Made by a program: the position numbers and the translations under genes. A DNA stretch of 43,407 nt, counting the filler, from Jimgerdemannia flammicorona (lineage: Eukaryota): assembly GCA_003990765.1 (NCBI GenBank). It is 2 parts of 2 records of this genome, joined end to end, with 100 filler letters (N's around TTAATTAATTAA, not from the genome) between each part and the next. Parts side by side here need not be neighbours in the genome. Positions count along the whole stretch, not along the records: positions 1 to 21,654 come from RBNJ01001412.1; 1 more part is not named here. One strand, written 5' to 3'. Below the pieces are notes generated by a model, which searched no databases, was not told the origin of the DNA, and was given only the letters and a program-made list of their open reading frames with translations. Below are positions 1-11,733 of the stretch, in pieces (position 1 is the stretch's first letter; each line of letters starts with the position of its first letter).

Positions 1-122
1 GGCCCAACTTTGTATTATTATGAATAGTTGTGGGTTGGGTTCATTGTTGTTTTCAAGGTAATTGTAGAGACACATGGATAGTGTTCTCTTCTAGACTAGT
101 GGAATAAAGGAGTCCAAGCGAC

Positions 123-156
<34 letters not shown>
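1..156 (+). mobile_element. 3' UTR and poly(A) tail of a family C LINE
   Basis: Positions 1-110 are nearly the reverse complement of the 3' UTR at ~2815-2925. AATAAA at ~103, A-tail at 126-156. Confidence 0.85.
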
Positions 157-159
<3 letters not shown>

Positions 160-2761
160 GCCCCATCATGTTCTGCCCATATCCCCTAAGGAGCTCAGCC
201 ACTCTACCTCCTCCCATGCATCCAGGCCTCCACTTTTCCCTCCTGTACCCCTCCCACCATCAGTTCGGTCCAGATGCTGATCCTGAACCATATTAAAGTT
301 CCCCCCAAGCACATTAACCACTTCTGCCAAGAGAATACCCCCCTCCAGTAGCTCCTTAATCCATGCAATCTGCTCACCTCTCACTGTAGGGCAGTAGCAA
401 GAGCCAACCCTCACCGACTCCCACACTGGCTGATGCCAATCTCTCCAGACCAAGCAATCACCCCAGCTCCCAATACTCCCCAAGTCTCCTCTACCCTTCC
501 TCACCAGAATCGCCACTTTTCCAAACCAAGCAGTAGCCCCATCCCATTCCCTAGTCCACTCAACCCATTCATCCTCATCCTCACACCAAACATCCTGCAG
601 TAAAAAGAGATCAACCTCCAATCTCTTGAGCCAATTAAAAATGTTCTTATGCTGCCCAGATCCCCTCAGCTCATTTATAAGAAATAATGTTATATACTGA
701 TCCCATCCTCTACAAGTTCTCATTTGGCTCCTCCTGTACCAAGTCCAAGTCATATTCAACAGCAAGTTCCCTTTCTCTAGCTTCCTGTGCCTCCAACCCT
801 CCCAGAAGTTCTACCATCGCCCCATCTTCTCACTCCTCAAAGTCCTCATGATATTCCAGATAGGCCTCCTGCCAGAACCACAAACCATGCCGCTCCACCC
901 AAGTATGCCACCTGCTCACCAGTGACCACCACCAGCTCAGCCCTCCTCTCCTCATCTACCTCATATCCTTCCTCCTCCAGGAAAATTGAAAGAATATCCC
1001 CCTTCAGTGCCTCTACCACTCCCTCACTATGCAAAATCTGTGCCCAGTGCTCCTCAGGCATTACCTGCAGGTCCACTTCCCCCAAAGTCTCAGCCATGAG
1101 GTTATCCATCACCTTACTCATCCACAGCAAGTTCCCCACCTCCTTCCCTTCTGGAGTCCCTGGCCGTCCTACGTCCAACATCGTGGTGTCAGCCTCTATA
1201 CTGGCAGTCTCATCCCACTCCTCTGGGACATCTACCAGCTCATCCTTGCCAACTGCCACCACCTGACCTCTTTTTTCCACATCAGGGACCCCAAAGTATA
1301 CTCGCTGGACTCCCTTCATCAGTGTATCCTCTGTTGGCTCTCTCTTTCCCACTGGGCCCCTCCTGATAAGAGGGGGGGGGGTTGCATCAAGCTCTGGCTC
1401 CCAGACCTTGAAAGTACCATAAGTAAAGGGGTTCTTGCTCAGTATCTTCTCAGCCCCTCCCTTGCCTGCCTCCACCTCCCAAACCTCTTTACTTGCCCAA
1501 ACACTGGCTTTGACACCCCCAGACCCTTCAACTCCCACTGCCTTCTGCTTAGCCTCAACATTCATACTCGCAAGTAGCTCTCTCTGCCTCCTGTGCCCCT
1601 GTGCCCACTCCTACTGCTTTCTGTCAGTACGGATGTGTTTCCCATCCACAACCTCCAGATGTGTCAACTCCTCATACATCTTCCAGGCCCTTGCCCTTCT
1701 CTCCACAGCTCTACTCATCTCCTCCAGTGCCTCCAACAAGTTCTCCTCCTCCTCCTCACTCCTCTTCACCCTCAACACCTTACAGATGAATGCCCCCCAC
1801 ATCAGTATGGAAGGCCAGTCACTTGCCTTCCCTGTGGCCTTCTTGAATCCTGACATCAATGTCACCCATCATGATCATTGTCCCCTCCCACACCTGAAAG
1901 CTGATATCCACCATGTCACCATACTCGATCATCACCTCCTCCACCCTCTTCCTAGTCTCCTCCTTAGTCACTGTGGGCACCCCCTTCACCAGAAGCTGCA
2001 CCACCCTGGGGTCCCATCACAAGCACCACACCATGGGGACCACCACCTCCCTAACCATAATGCCAGTCTTCAGTGTCTCATCCAGTAGGCCTACCTCCTC
2101 AAAGCCCACCTCGACCCCCTCCAGACCCTTCAAGAACTTTACCGAGGCCGCCCCAGCCACCTGCTTCAAAACAAGCCCCAGAACCATCCTCACCATCACT
2201 GCTAAGCCCCAGAAGTATAAGATCACCGCAAACTCCAAGATCGACTTCTTGAGCAACAGGGTCACTGCTAGCCCTGTTACACTATGTGCCAGGTCTCCCT
2301 TCCACATTAGGAACCCCTGCCCCACCTGGCCATCAGCCATCACATCTCTTTTTTTTTCCTGATTCCCTGTCACACTCCCATCAACAGTCATACCCCCAGC
2401 TACAGCACCTCCAGCCCCTACTCCTGCACTCTCAGCTAGAGCACTGCCCCCCCTCTTAAGGCTCACCTTGCCCTTCCCCTCAGTAGCACCAGCCCTATCA
2501 CCAGCCAGCCACCCACTCTCCTTAACCTTGTCTGCGAAGCTCGGGAGACCAGATCTTCCCCCATTACCACCAGATACCAATCCCCCTCCAGAGCCTTCTC
2601 CATTCTTTGGTCCTCTGAAGGCCCCCATCTCCAGGCCATAACCCCTCTCCACCTGCTGCCAGTCAAAGGCCCTAGATCCTCCCAACCTAGTATGCACACC
2701 TGTGTGGCCATTGCTCTCTATATTGCTAGTCATCTTTCACCAAAAACCTTGTCAAAAGTAT

Positions 2762-2765
<4 letters not shown>
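157..2765 (-). mobile_element. Family B LINE (L1/Tx1-like), 5' portion: degenerate ORF1 and start of ORF2 APE endonuclease; cut off at 157
   Basis: ORF fragments 2733-2017, 1865-1611 and 1565-846 are homologous to 15977-17930. Endonuclease motifs LFLLQDVW and LGGNFN lie in 765-166. The 5' sequence GGCAATACTTTTGACAA matches 15933. Confidence 0.85.
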
Positions 2766-2806
<41 letters not shown>

Positions 2807-2941
2807 TAGAAGCTAGACTTTATTCCACTAGTCTATAAGAGAACACTATCCATGTATCTCTACAATTACCTTGAAACAACAATGAACCCAACCCACAACT
2901 ATTCATAATAATACAAAGAAGGGCCATTCAGCCCACCCCAT

Positions 2942-5900
2942 TCAGCCCACCCCTTCTTTCCACCTCACCCCCTTCTCACCAAGTACAAGGTGTTCCTGAC
3001 TTCTCTGAACAATGTCTAACACCTTCTTCATGGCCCCCAACTGGTGCCTCTTCCCCTGATACCACCACCCTTGCACCACTTCCAAGAGTAACCCCTTCCA
3101 CCGCTCCACTAATTCTCCAATACCCATCCAGGGATCCCTCTCAAACACCCATCACCAGTGTACCACCATCAGTACCCAGATGCCGATAATCTGACCCAGG
3201 CCTCCCCAGATGTCCCCAATTTCTCCCACCAGGCGATGCTTGATCACTCAACCAGTGGGGCCCCCTGCCCACTTACTCTCCTCCCCCCAATAACCCTCCA
3301 ATGTCTGCCAAAATCCTTTAACCCCCGGACAGGCTGCCAGAACATGCTCCGGCGTCTGCACTACTCCTCCATCCAGCTCACAACACCACTCACATTCCCT
3401 TACACTGTCTTCCACCATCCACCCTGTCCTGTACCCCAGCATGACGTTCCTCCACAGAAATCGCCACCATACCACCCAGAATTTGGGTGGGGCAATCTTG
3501 AGTAGAGAGATCCCCCAACCCCAAATCCAACCCCACTCCCATTCTTCTCCAAACCCAGCCTTCTGCCAACCCACCGGCCACCTCTCAAGCAGACCTGTCC
3601 AGATCCACTCCATCGCCCCTGACAAGGAGTATTCCACCAACTGGTGGCCGCCAATCCGAATCACACCAAGTCGCCACCATTGTCGATCTGGGTCCTCCTC
3701 TTCTTCGCCAGGTTCTGGGCCCATAAGGCCCATTGCCAGCCAAGCTTCCACAATACCCCACCAAAATCCCCTATAATGCAACCTGCTAACCCTTCCAACC
3801 TGGAGCAAACCTCGCATGTCCTTCCAAACCTCATTCCGGGGGCAGAACCGCACTTCCCAGTTGTCCATAGCCAGTTTGCTCCAGCCCTCCCCTCCTAATT
3901 CTGCCATCCGACAACCCCACCAGCCTCGGAGCACCTTAAGACGCCTTCTGAAGTCCACCAACCCCAGACCGCCATCTGCCCTCGTCATCACCATGATTTC
4001 CCAGCTAATCTGCGATCTCCTTCCCTACCACAGCCATCCTTCAACCACCTTCTTCAGCTTTTGAACCACCCATCCTGGAAAGTCCAGGTGGTACCCCAAG
4101 TACCACAGCTTCGGTAACCAATATACATTCAAGACTACAATCCTCCCAACCAAGGAGAAGCCTCTCCCAGACCAGCCCACCAAGGCATTCTCCCACTTCT
4201 GTATCATTCCACACCACCACTCTTTTGGCAGCACCGTCCCATAAACTGAGAACCAGATGCCCAGATATCGGACTGCTTCCCCAGGTCTAACCAAATGTCC
4301 AAAATGTCCATGCTCCGCCAACCCAGCTCCAAGCTCCATAGTCTCGCACTTGCCCCAGTTCAGCTTCACTCCAGCCAGCATCTCATACTGTCCTACCCCT
4401 TCCTGTAAACTTGCCACATCTTCCACACTGCCTAACCCTACTACCATATCATCTGCAAAAGCCCCCATCTTCCAGACCACATCCCCCATTCTCAATCCAG
4501 TAAGCCTCCCCTTCAACCACGCCAACAAGGGCTCCAAAGATAAAATGTAAAGCAGGGGTGAGAGAGGATCTCCCTGTGGCACACCTCACCCCAAGAGGAA
4601 CTCCGGACCACTCCACCCATTCATCAACACTGCAGCCCGGCAACCTCGCACCAGACCCATCAGCTTTCAAGCCTCCTCCAGATCAAACCCGATCTTCTGT
4701 AGAACTGCCTCCAAGTAGTTCCACCACACCCTGTCGTAAGCCTTCTCCTGATCCAAAAACACCATCCTTCCATCTACTTGCCGGCTTTGACAACCTTCCA
4801 AAACATTTTGCACCCATGCTGTGCTGTCTCTAATCTGCCTCCCCTTCACAAATCCTCGCTGTTCATCGCCCACCATTCGGCCAATCCATTGCTGCATCCT
4901 CCCTGCCAGAATCTTGGAGACCAACTTCCTATCCACATTCAGCAACATGATGGGTCTCCAATTTCGCCACACACGTCTGTCCCCTTTCTCCTTATAGAGC
5001 AGAGAGACTAGCCCTAAGGAGCCATTGCCAATCCAGCAGCCTTCCCCCAGTGTAAAGTTTGCCATTTCCACAAGCCATTCCCTAAGCTCAGTTTGAAACT
5101 CCTTCCAAAACTCCCAAGGCAGTCCATCCTCCCCCGGTGAAGAACCAGTCTGCGCTTTCCTCAGAACCTCTAACACTTCTTCAAGGGACACTCTACCCAT
5201 TACCACCCCACCAATTGCCAGCTCTGCCACCACTGGCCAGCTGTTGACCAAATTGTTATTGTCCTCCAGTGCTGCCTTTCCCTCTGCCAGCCCTCCATCA
5301 TCCTGCCATAGGGTGCACCATCGACCAGAAACCTCCTCTAGCATATCTGTGATATCGGTCACCTCAGTGCCATCCTCCTGCAATACTGAAGCCCAGCTGT
5401 GCCTCACCCTTCTGGCCTTCAAGATGCCAGACAAGTATTTGGTGGGTTGCTCTCCTTCCTCCAACTGCCTGGCTTGCAATCTTGCCAGCAACCCATCCAC
5501 CACCCTATCTTCTGCAGCCCTCAAATCTGACCGCAACTCTGCTACCTCCTTGATCAACAGGGAGCACCGTTCTCCTGAGGTATTCTCTCCCTCTAAAAGT
5601 CTCAACCGCCAGCACAGCCCCTGCTCCACTCTCCTCTCTCTATCCTTCTGCTCCCTTCCTGCTACCTCTCCTACATCACGCCAATATGCACCTGCCAGAT
5701 GTTTAAATTTCCCCCACCACTGTGCTATCGACTGGCCACTATTCTTCCACCGTGCCACTTCCTGTCTTGCAATTTCCACAAACTGGTCCCGCTCCACCTT
5801 TCGCTTGAGTAGTGCCACATTAAGTCGCCATCTGCCCCCACCACCACTGGCCGCCTGAAATCTCCCACACACCTCTACACCCCAGTGATCTGACCAGGGA

Positions 5901-6577
5901 CACCACCATATCTCAGTCGAATCCAAAACATTACCCCAGCGTTCCGCCACCAGAATCCAGTCAATCCTTGTACCCACCAAATCCTCACCAACCAGATGCC
6001 ACCTAGTAAATAGCCCTGATTTTTCACCTTGACGTTGTCATACTCCATCAACCAATCCCATTTCCTTCTCTACTTGAAGCCACCATGAGAGCCCTGTAGA
6101 GACTGCCACGCCGACTCCACCATCAGACCTATCTAATATCCTGTCACGAATCATGTTGAAGTCCCCTCCCAAAATATCCAGCCCAATCTCCTCTTGGCCT
6201 TCTCAATCCAGCCAACCTTCCACCCATTGGTTTCGCTCTCTGCCAACCGCTGGCAGATTCGCTGAGCCAACTGCAAGCCCATCACCTGCTCCTCCTTTCA
6301 GTCTCCCCCAGACCAACCTATCACTATACCTCTCGACCTCCTTCAGCTCTCCTCTCCCCAAGCCAACCAGAATGCCCACCTGCTCATTCCACCCTGTGCT
6401 ACCAAACCATTCCTTGCTCCACTCCTCATAATCTTGCTCCCCATAGGCCCGAACGTCCTGCAGAAATATCAAGTCATACCTCCTGTTCTTCAGCTACTGA
6501 AACAGATGCCTTCGCTTCACTCCATCACGCAAACCATTGACATTTAGTGATAATATTCGTAGACTGTTCATCATCAT
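2942..6577 (-). pseudogene. LINE ORF2 (APE endonuclease, reverse transcriptase, C-terminal CCHC), ~1210 codons, broken by in-frame stops
   Basis: Endonuclease motifs SLNVNG, IFLQD, GGDFN, RIDWIL, SDH. RT motifs SPGEDGLP, WRPIMLLNVD, DQEKAYD, PQGDPLSP, AFADD, YLGI. Zinc knuckle CEWC...PEH...C. All ORF-track fragments (6472, 5980, 4582, 3994, 3148) share one frame. Confidence 0.93.
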
Positions 6578-6589
6578 GAATATAAATGT

Positions 6590-8222
6590 TTAAATTTCCA
6601 CTGGATTCACTGCCACCTTCTCAGCCCTACCGCAAATAATAGCCTTCCATTCCTCACAGATACCCCTCCAGATGCATGCTCCATTCACCCCATCACAAAA
6701 GGCCGCCACTCGCTCTGATGCGACCTTCCTGATTTCAGCCATACGGTCCTCATCAACCTCATATCCTTCATCATCCAGAAGTGCCACCACCATTGCTGTC
6801 ACCAACTTTGGCCCTTGCAATGCCACATTGAGAAACCCTTCCCAGGCCTCCTGCGATCCATTAAACACATCCACTTCCTTAATATCCTCCTCCGCGAGTT
6901 CCTCGAGCACTGCCTGATACCAGTCATCAGCCATCATCACCATGGGCCCCGGGGTGGCCAGCCTTGGAGTCCTGCTCAGCTCCTGCAGCATCTCTCTATC
7001 TGCCGATACATCAGAAGCCACATCCACCAGATCATCCTCCTCAGTGCCCTTCTCCAGCCAAACCACTTCGCCTGCCTCTGGGCATTCCCAATGCACATTC
7101 GCTGCTCCTGCTATACGAACATCCTCCAACTGGGTCTCTGGTACCACCTCGACAACCTCCTCAAAGCACCCAGTGGTCACCTCCTCCTTGTCCACCCACT
7201 TCCCTGTCACTGGTGCATGGGTAGAATCCTCCACACCCCCTAGTTGTGAAAAGGACACCTCAGCCGTCTCCACCTCTCCCATTTGACTCTTGGCCATCTC
7301 TGCTTTTTCCTCCTCCTCCCTTTTCGAGCCCTGGAGGACTGTCTGCAGACGCTCCCAGTTTGTCCTTCACTACCTCTTCCTCTTCCCATCAGTTGGAATC
7401 CAGATCCAATCCTTGGCAAACTCCTCCCACCATCTCACCATATCTACCCAGCACCTCTACCACCATCTCCTTGGTCTCCTGCCTGCCCAGAGTAGGCAGT
7501 CCTTCTACCACCAGCCAAACAGCATGTAGATCCCATCTCAGACACCTCGCCATCCCAATCCAGACATCCTTGACTGTCATCCCTTTCTCCAGTGCCTTCA
7601 CCATCACCTCCTCCTTCACAAATCCAATCTCCACAGCCTCCACTGAAGGGATGAACTTCAGAGACTCTGCTCCAGTCACCTCCTCCCCCACCAGTCTCAG
7701 AACCTCTCTTGCTGACATCGCCAATCCCAGGAAGTTCGCCGAGATCACCAATGTTGACACTGATTTGTGAAAAAAGGGTCTCACCACCAGCTCACCAGTC
7801 CTAGCTGCCAGAGGCACCTTTCCTTTGACCCCCAAAACACCAGTAGTTGTCCCACCTGGTACAGCTGCACCACCTGCAGTCTTCTCCCCAGCCACCTGCC
7901 CAGCCACAGAAGAACCAGTCCCCAGCATCATGCCACCAGACCTCTGTCTCCTGCCAGCCACCTGACCTGTCACCTGACTTGTCACCTGACCTCTCTCCCT
8001 GTCAACACTATGTCCCCCCTGTCCAACCCCCATGGGTCTAGCTGCAGCCCTCCTATTCCCAACCACTGTATGCCAGGCCTCAATCCCTCCAGACCTCCCC
8101 TGCCCACCTGCCCCCTCAGCAGCCACACCAGTCCCTGCAGTAGCCGCAGAGCTCCTGGGAATCCCCAGGCCAGGCCTCCTACTCTCTAGACACTCAGAGC
8201 TAGAGGTATCTTAACTAGCCAT
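6590..8222 (-). pseudogene. Family C LINE ORF1 (low-complexity N-terminus, RRM-like region, acidic C-terminal domain), with an internal deletion
   Basis: ATG at 8222 with an early TAA. Fragments 8126-7389 and 7297-6590. About 240 bp present in the copy at ~14560-14800 is missing near 7430. Confidence 0.8.
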
Positions 8223-8393
8223 GTCACCAAAACTTGATGGTTTTCCCTGAAACTTGTTGTGCCTTGTAGATAGACTCCCGCTACACGATGTACACCAGTA
8301 TATTCAAAATAAAAACTTGCAAACATATTGTCTTTCACTGAAAGATGTCTGTGTGGCTTAGCTCTCTCTGAATAGTTTGAGCAAAAGAAGTCC

Positions 8394-8775
8394 TGTACCC
8401 TGGCCCCCCCCCCATGGGCCTAGCCATAGCCCTCCTATTTCCAACCACTATATGCCAGGCCTCAACCCCTCCAGTCCTCCTTGGCCCACCTGCCCCTCCA
8501 GCCACTACACCAGCCCCTGCAGCAGCTGCAAAGCTCTTGAGAATACCCAGACTGAGCCTCCTCCTCTCCAGATGCTCAGAGCTAGAGGAATCTTGACTAG
8601 CCATATTGCCAAAACTTGATGGTTTTCCCTGAAACTTGTTGTGCCTTGTAGGTAGACTCCTGCCACACGATATACACCAGTATGTTCGAAATAAAAACTT
8701 GAAAACGTGTTGTCTTTTGCTGAAAGATGTCTGTGTGGCTTAGCTCTCTTCGAATGATTCGAGCAAAAGAAGTCC
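8394..8775 (-). mobile_element. Second family C 5' end (UTR and start of ORF1), in tandem upstream of the full copy
   Basis: Direct repeat of ~8030-8393. ORF 8604 begins MASQDSSSSEHLERRR. Confidence 0.88.
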
Positions 8776-8883
8776 AATGCAAAGAAAGGTCACATCAGAT
8801 GGGTGAATAAGTATAAGTACCCTAGGCAAGAATACCCTGCAACTCTCATCCCCCTCTCCTCACAAAGAAAAGACAAGACAAGA

Positions 8884-9729
8884 ATACCTGCTACCTACAA
8901 CTAAGCTACCTGCCACCAAATTGCCTGCCATAGTCAGCCCCTTCCAAGCCAGGTTGACTGCCTCTTTGGACACATCCAGGTTGCTATCCAAGGAAGGAAC
9001 CACTGTTCAGAGGCCCTTAATCTCTCCAGCCAGGATCTAGGACATTATGTCCTCAACTGCTGTGAAGTCATCAAAAGAGCCTATCTTGCCACCAGCCACC
9101 TAGAGATCTGGTATACATATGAGATTGGCCATCAACTCCTCCAATGGGCAAAGGACCTGCCCATGGACCAAGTCTCTGATTGGACCTACCTAGATAGAAA
9201 CGAGCAAAGACTTGCCAAGAAGGTCCATCAAATCATGCACTATGTACCCTTTACAATCCCCAATCTTAACTATATCCAACTGAAGGATTTCCAGAACCTC
9301 TCCTTTCCCAAAGTTGATGAACTAGAGATCAAAGTAGCCCAAAAAGCCAACTCCTGGATCACCCTCCAGTCTACTGACTGTGAATCCTACTGGAGCCCCC
9401 TCCTGAATGACAACTCTGACCAATGACTCTAAGGCCTCTCTGACCTTTTTGAAGGACCACTTATCCAAATGGATATTCCCAGGCATGAAGATTAAGAACC
9501 CTACTTGGATGGCCCTAACTACATCAGATGGAGAACCCCTACACTAGCACCTATCCCAATACAAGAACCATTTGCAGACCTCATTGACTTCTTCATCCTG
9601 GACAGTGAGCCTTCAACAACCACCACCCTCTCTGCTACTGAAGAGGATACCAACAACTCTGAAGAGGATTCCCCACCTTTCTCTCCCCTAGTTCTCAATT
9701 TCCAAATCAACAAGGATGTTAATTTCTAA
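8884..9729 (+). pseudogene. Accessory ORF of unknown function (~281 aa) upstream of the PPT
   Basis: One frame joins ORF-track pieces 9163-9426 and 9505-9729. Presumed start ATG>ATA at 8884. Internal TAA/TGA stops are consistent with C>T changes. Homologous to 41454-40468. Confidence 0.75.
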
Positions 9730-9740
9730 GGGGGGAAGGA

Positions 9741-10539
9741 TGTAATAGAATGACTGAGCAAGTGAACAGATGGGACACAACAAGCGATGAGTGATCATGT
9801 GACCCAGCAAATGATGATGTCACCATATAAATGAAGCATAACATATGATATTACAAATGATGAATAATGAATGATGCAAAACGATGTAGAAAATGATATC
9901 CAGCTTATCTCCAACAACCAGTACCACAGCAATAGTTGCCACAGCAGCTGATCATTGTCTAGTAATTGAGATCTTGATCACAAAGTGTTTTTTGCCAAAA
10001 ACTACCTAATAAAGATCATGATCACAAACCTCACTATAGTTACCAAATTAGTCACTCATACTTAGTCAGAAATCATGGACCAACTTGTATAAATACCCCC
10101 CAGTTTCCATCTGAAATAAAGCAGTTTTAGTTCAGTCCTTGATACAAGAATCAAGTCCCCCCCCATATACATACATTCTCCTGAGTCTTAGTAATGACAC
10201 CTAAGTAACTCTAGTGTTTCTGACTAAACTCCAGAAGCCTAGCTAACTTCTGCCAAAACTGAGACCAGTATATAAATCCACAAAGACTTAAGTAAACCCA
10301 TTGAACCTGAATTCCAAGGTAAATTCAGTCTGTGCACAGCAAAGAACAAGACCCTCGAAATAGGGTACAAGAGAAAGACCTTTGAAACAGAAGGCACTGC
10401 CACTACAAACTACTTATAAGCAATTGCTTTCTCAAACTGAAGGCTTCTTGATACACATTGTATACTAAGTCCCTAAGTAATAGTCCACTTTCCTAATTAT
10501 CTAAAGGATAAAAGAGGGGTAGAAGTGAGAGTTATTACA
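9741..10539 (+). repeat. 3' LTR (~800 bp)
   Basis: TGTAATA...TATTACA 7-bp inverted ends, adjacent PPT, TGTATAAATA at ~10086 and AATAAA at ~10115. Confidence 0.82.
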
Positions 10540-11048
10540 ATACCAGTAAGTCGGATACTCACCATAAAGCTGGCCACATCACTGGATGAAAGATACCACT
10601 TCTCCTTGAGATCTTGCCAGTAGCTCTCAGAGCCTGCATTGCACTGTCTGGCCTACAAAGTGATAAAAACCTTGAATTCTTGAAATCTATAGCCTTGAGG
10701 TTGGGGTAACTCAATACCATTGGACTCCTCTTCTCTTACTGCTTCTGGTACATCCAACCTCAGAGCACTGATGGCCCCCCTTCTCCTGCACCATAGGGAT
10801 CCAATTTCTATCTGGATCTTTTGACCAGTATGGTTTGAGAGAAAGAAGTCTGGTGGAAATAGTGTTTGACAAAGTGGTCTTTTATCAAGAGAGAGTAAGA
10901 GGAAGAGTAGAGGGGGGGGACTCCCTAGGGGGATCAGATAGGGGTGGGCACTGTATATTATATAGAGGATAAACAGGTGTATTAGTAAAGGATGGAGTCT
11001 GAGTAACTATAAAAAAAAAAAATAAAAATAAAAATAAAAATAAATAAA
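10540..11048 (+). mobile_element. 3' end of a more divergent LINE with an A-rich tail
   Basis: Terminus GGAGTCTGAGTAACTAT plus A/(TAAAAA)n at 11011-11048 resembles GGAGTCCAAGCGACTAT plus poly(A) at 109-156. Confidence 0.6.
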
Positions 11049-11733
11049 TCCAATCTCAGGAAATTCACTGAGATCACTCACATCAATACTAATTTGTGGA
11101 AAAAAGGATACACCACTAGTTCTCTAGAGCTAGCTGCTATCATCACCTTCTCCATACCTCCTGAGACACCAGTAGTCACTCTACCAGCCCCAGAGAGCCT
11201 ATCTACAGTCTCTCTCTCAGCCACCAGTCCAGCCACTAGCCCAGCCCAAGAAATGCCAGTCCCAGCAGTCCCACTTCCAGACTCCTGTCCCCTGGCAGTC
11301 ACCTGACCTGCCATCTGTCCAGTCACCTGACTCCCCCCCCTGTCAACACTATATCTCCTCTGCCCTATCTCTATAAGCCTAGCAGTAGCCCTCCTGCCCC
11401 CCATCACTATATACCAGCCTTCGATACCAGCAGACTGTTGGTGACTACCTGTCCCTCCAGTATTAGCACCAGCCCCCACCACTGCTGCAAAACTCTTGGA
11501 GAGGCCCAGGCCAGGCCTCCTCCTCTCCAAGTACTCAGAGCTTAATGAATCTTAAGTTGCCATTTGATGAAAACTTGATGGATTTTGATGAAACTTGTTG
11601 TAAACTATTACCAGACTCCCGCTGCACCTAGTACACCAGTGTAGGTAAGTGAAAACTTGAAAATGTATTGCTTTTCATGAAAAGATGTCTGTGTGACTTA
11701 GCTTACTCTAGGTAGTTTGAGCAAAAGAAGTCT
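11049..11733 (-). mobile_element. Family C LINE 5' fragment
   Basis: Begins GACTTCTTTTGCTC. ORF 11530-11078 matches the family C ORF1 N-terminus (ELVVxPFFHK). Confidence 0.85.

Larger units (their letters stand above)
2766..8393 (-). mobile_element. Near full-length family C LINE (L1/Tx1-like) with poly(A) tail
   Basis: 5' end GGACTTCTTTTGCTC at 8393 is shared with copies at 8775, ~11733 and 13611. ORF1 and ORF2 are separated by 12 nt. Poly(T) at 2766-2803 on +. Confidence 0.93.
8776..10539 (+). mobile_element. 3' remnant of an LTR retrotransposon (probably Ty3/Gypsy): accessory ORF, PPT and 3' LTR
   Basis: PPT AAGGGGGGAAGGA at 9728-9740 is followed directly by TGTAATA. The ORF is homologous to the post-integrase ORF of the Gypsy element at 39017-43407. 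Confidence 0.8.

Noticed and set aside
787..8200. Many Ser/Pro/Thr/His-rich plus-strand ORFs (and the minus-strand equivalents at 14000-21600)
   Set aside because: Antisense shadows of G-rich LINE coding strands, with no independent motifs.
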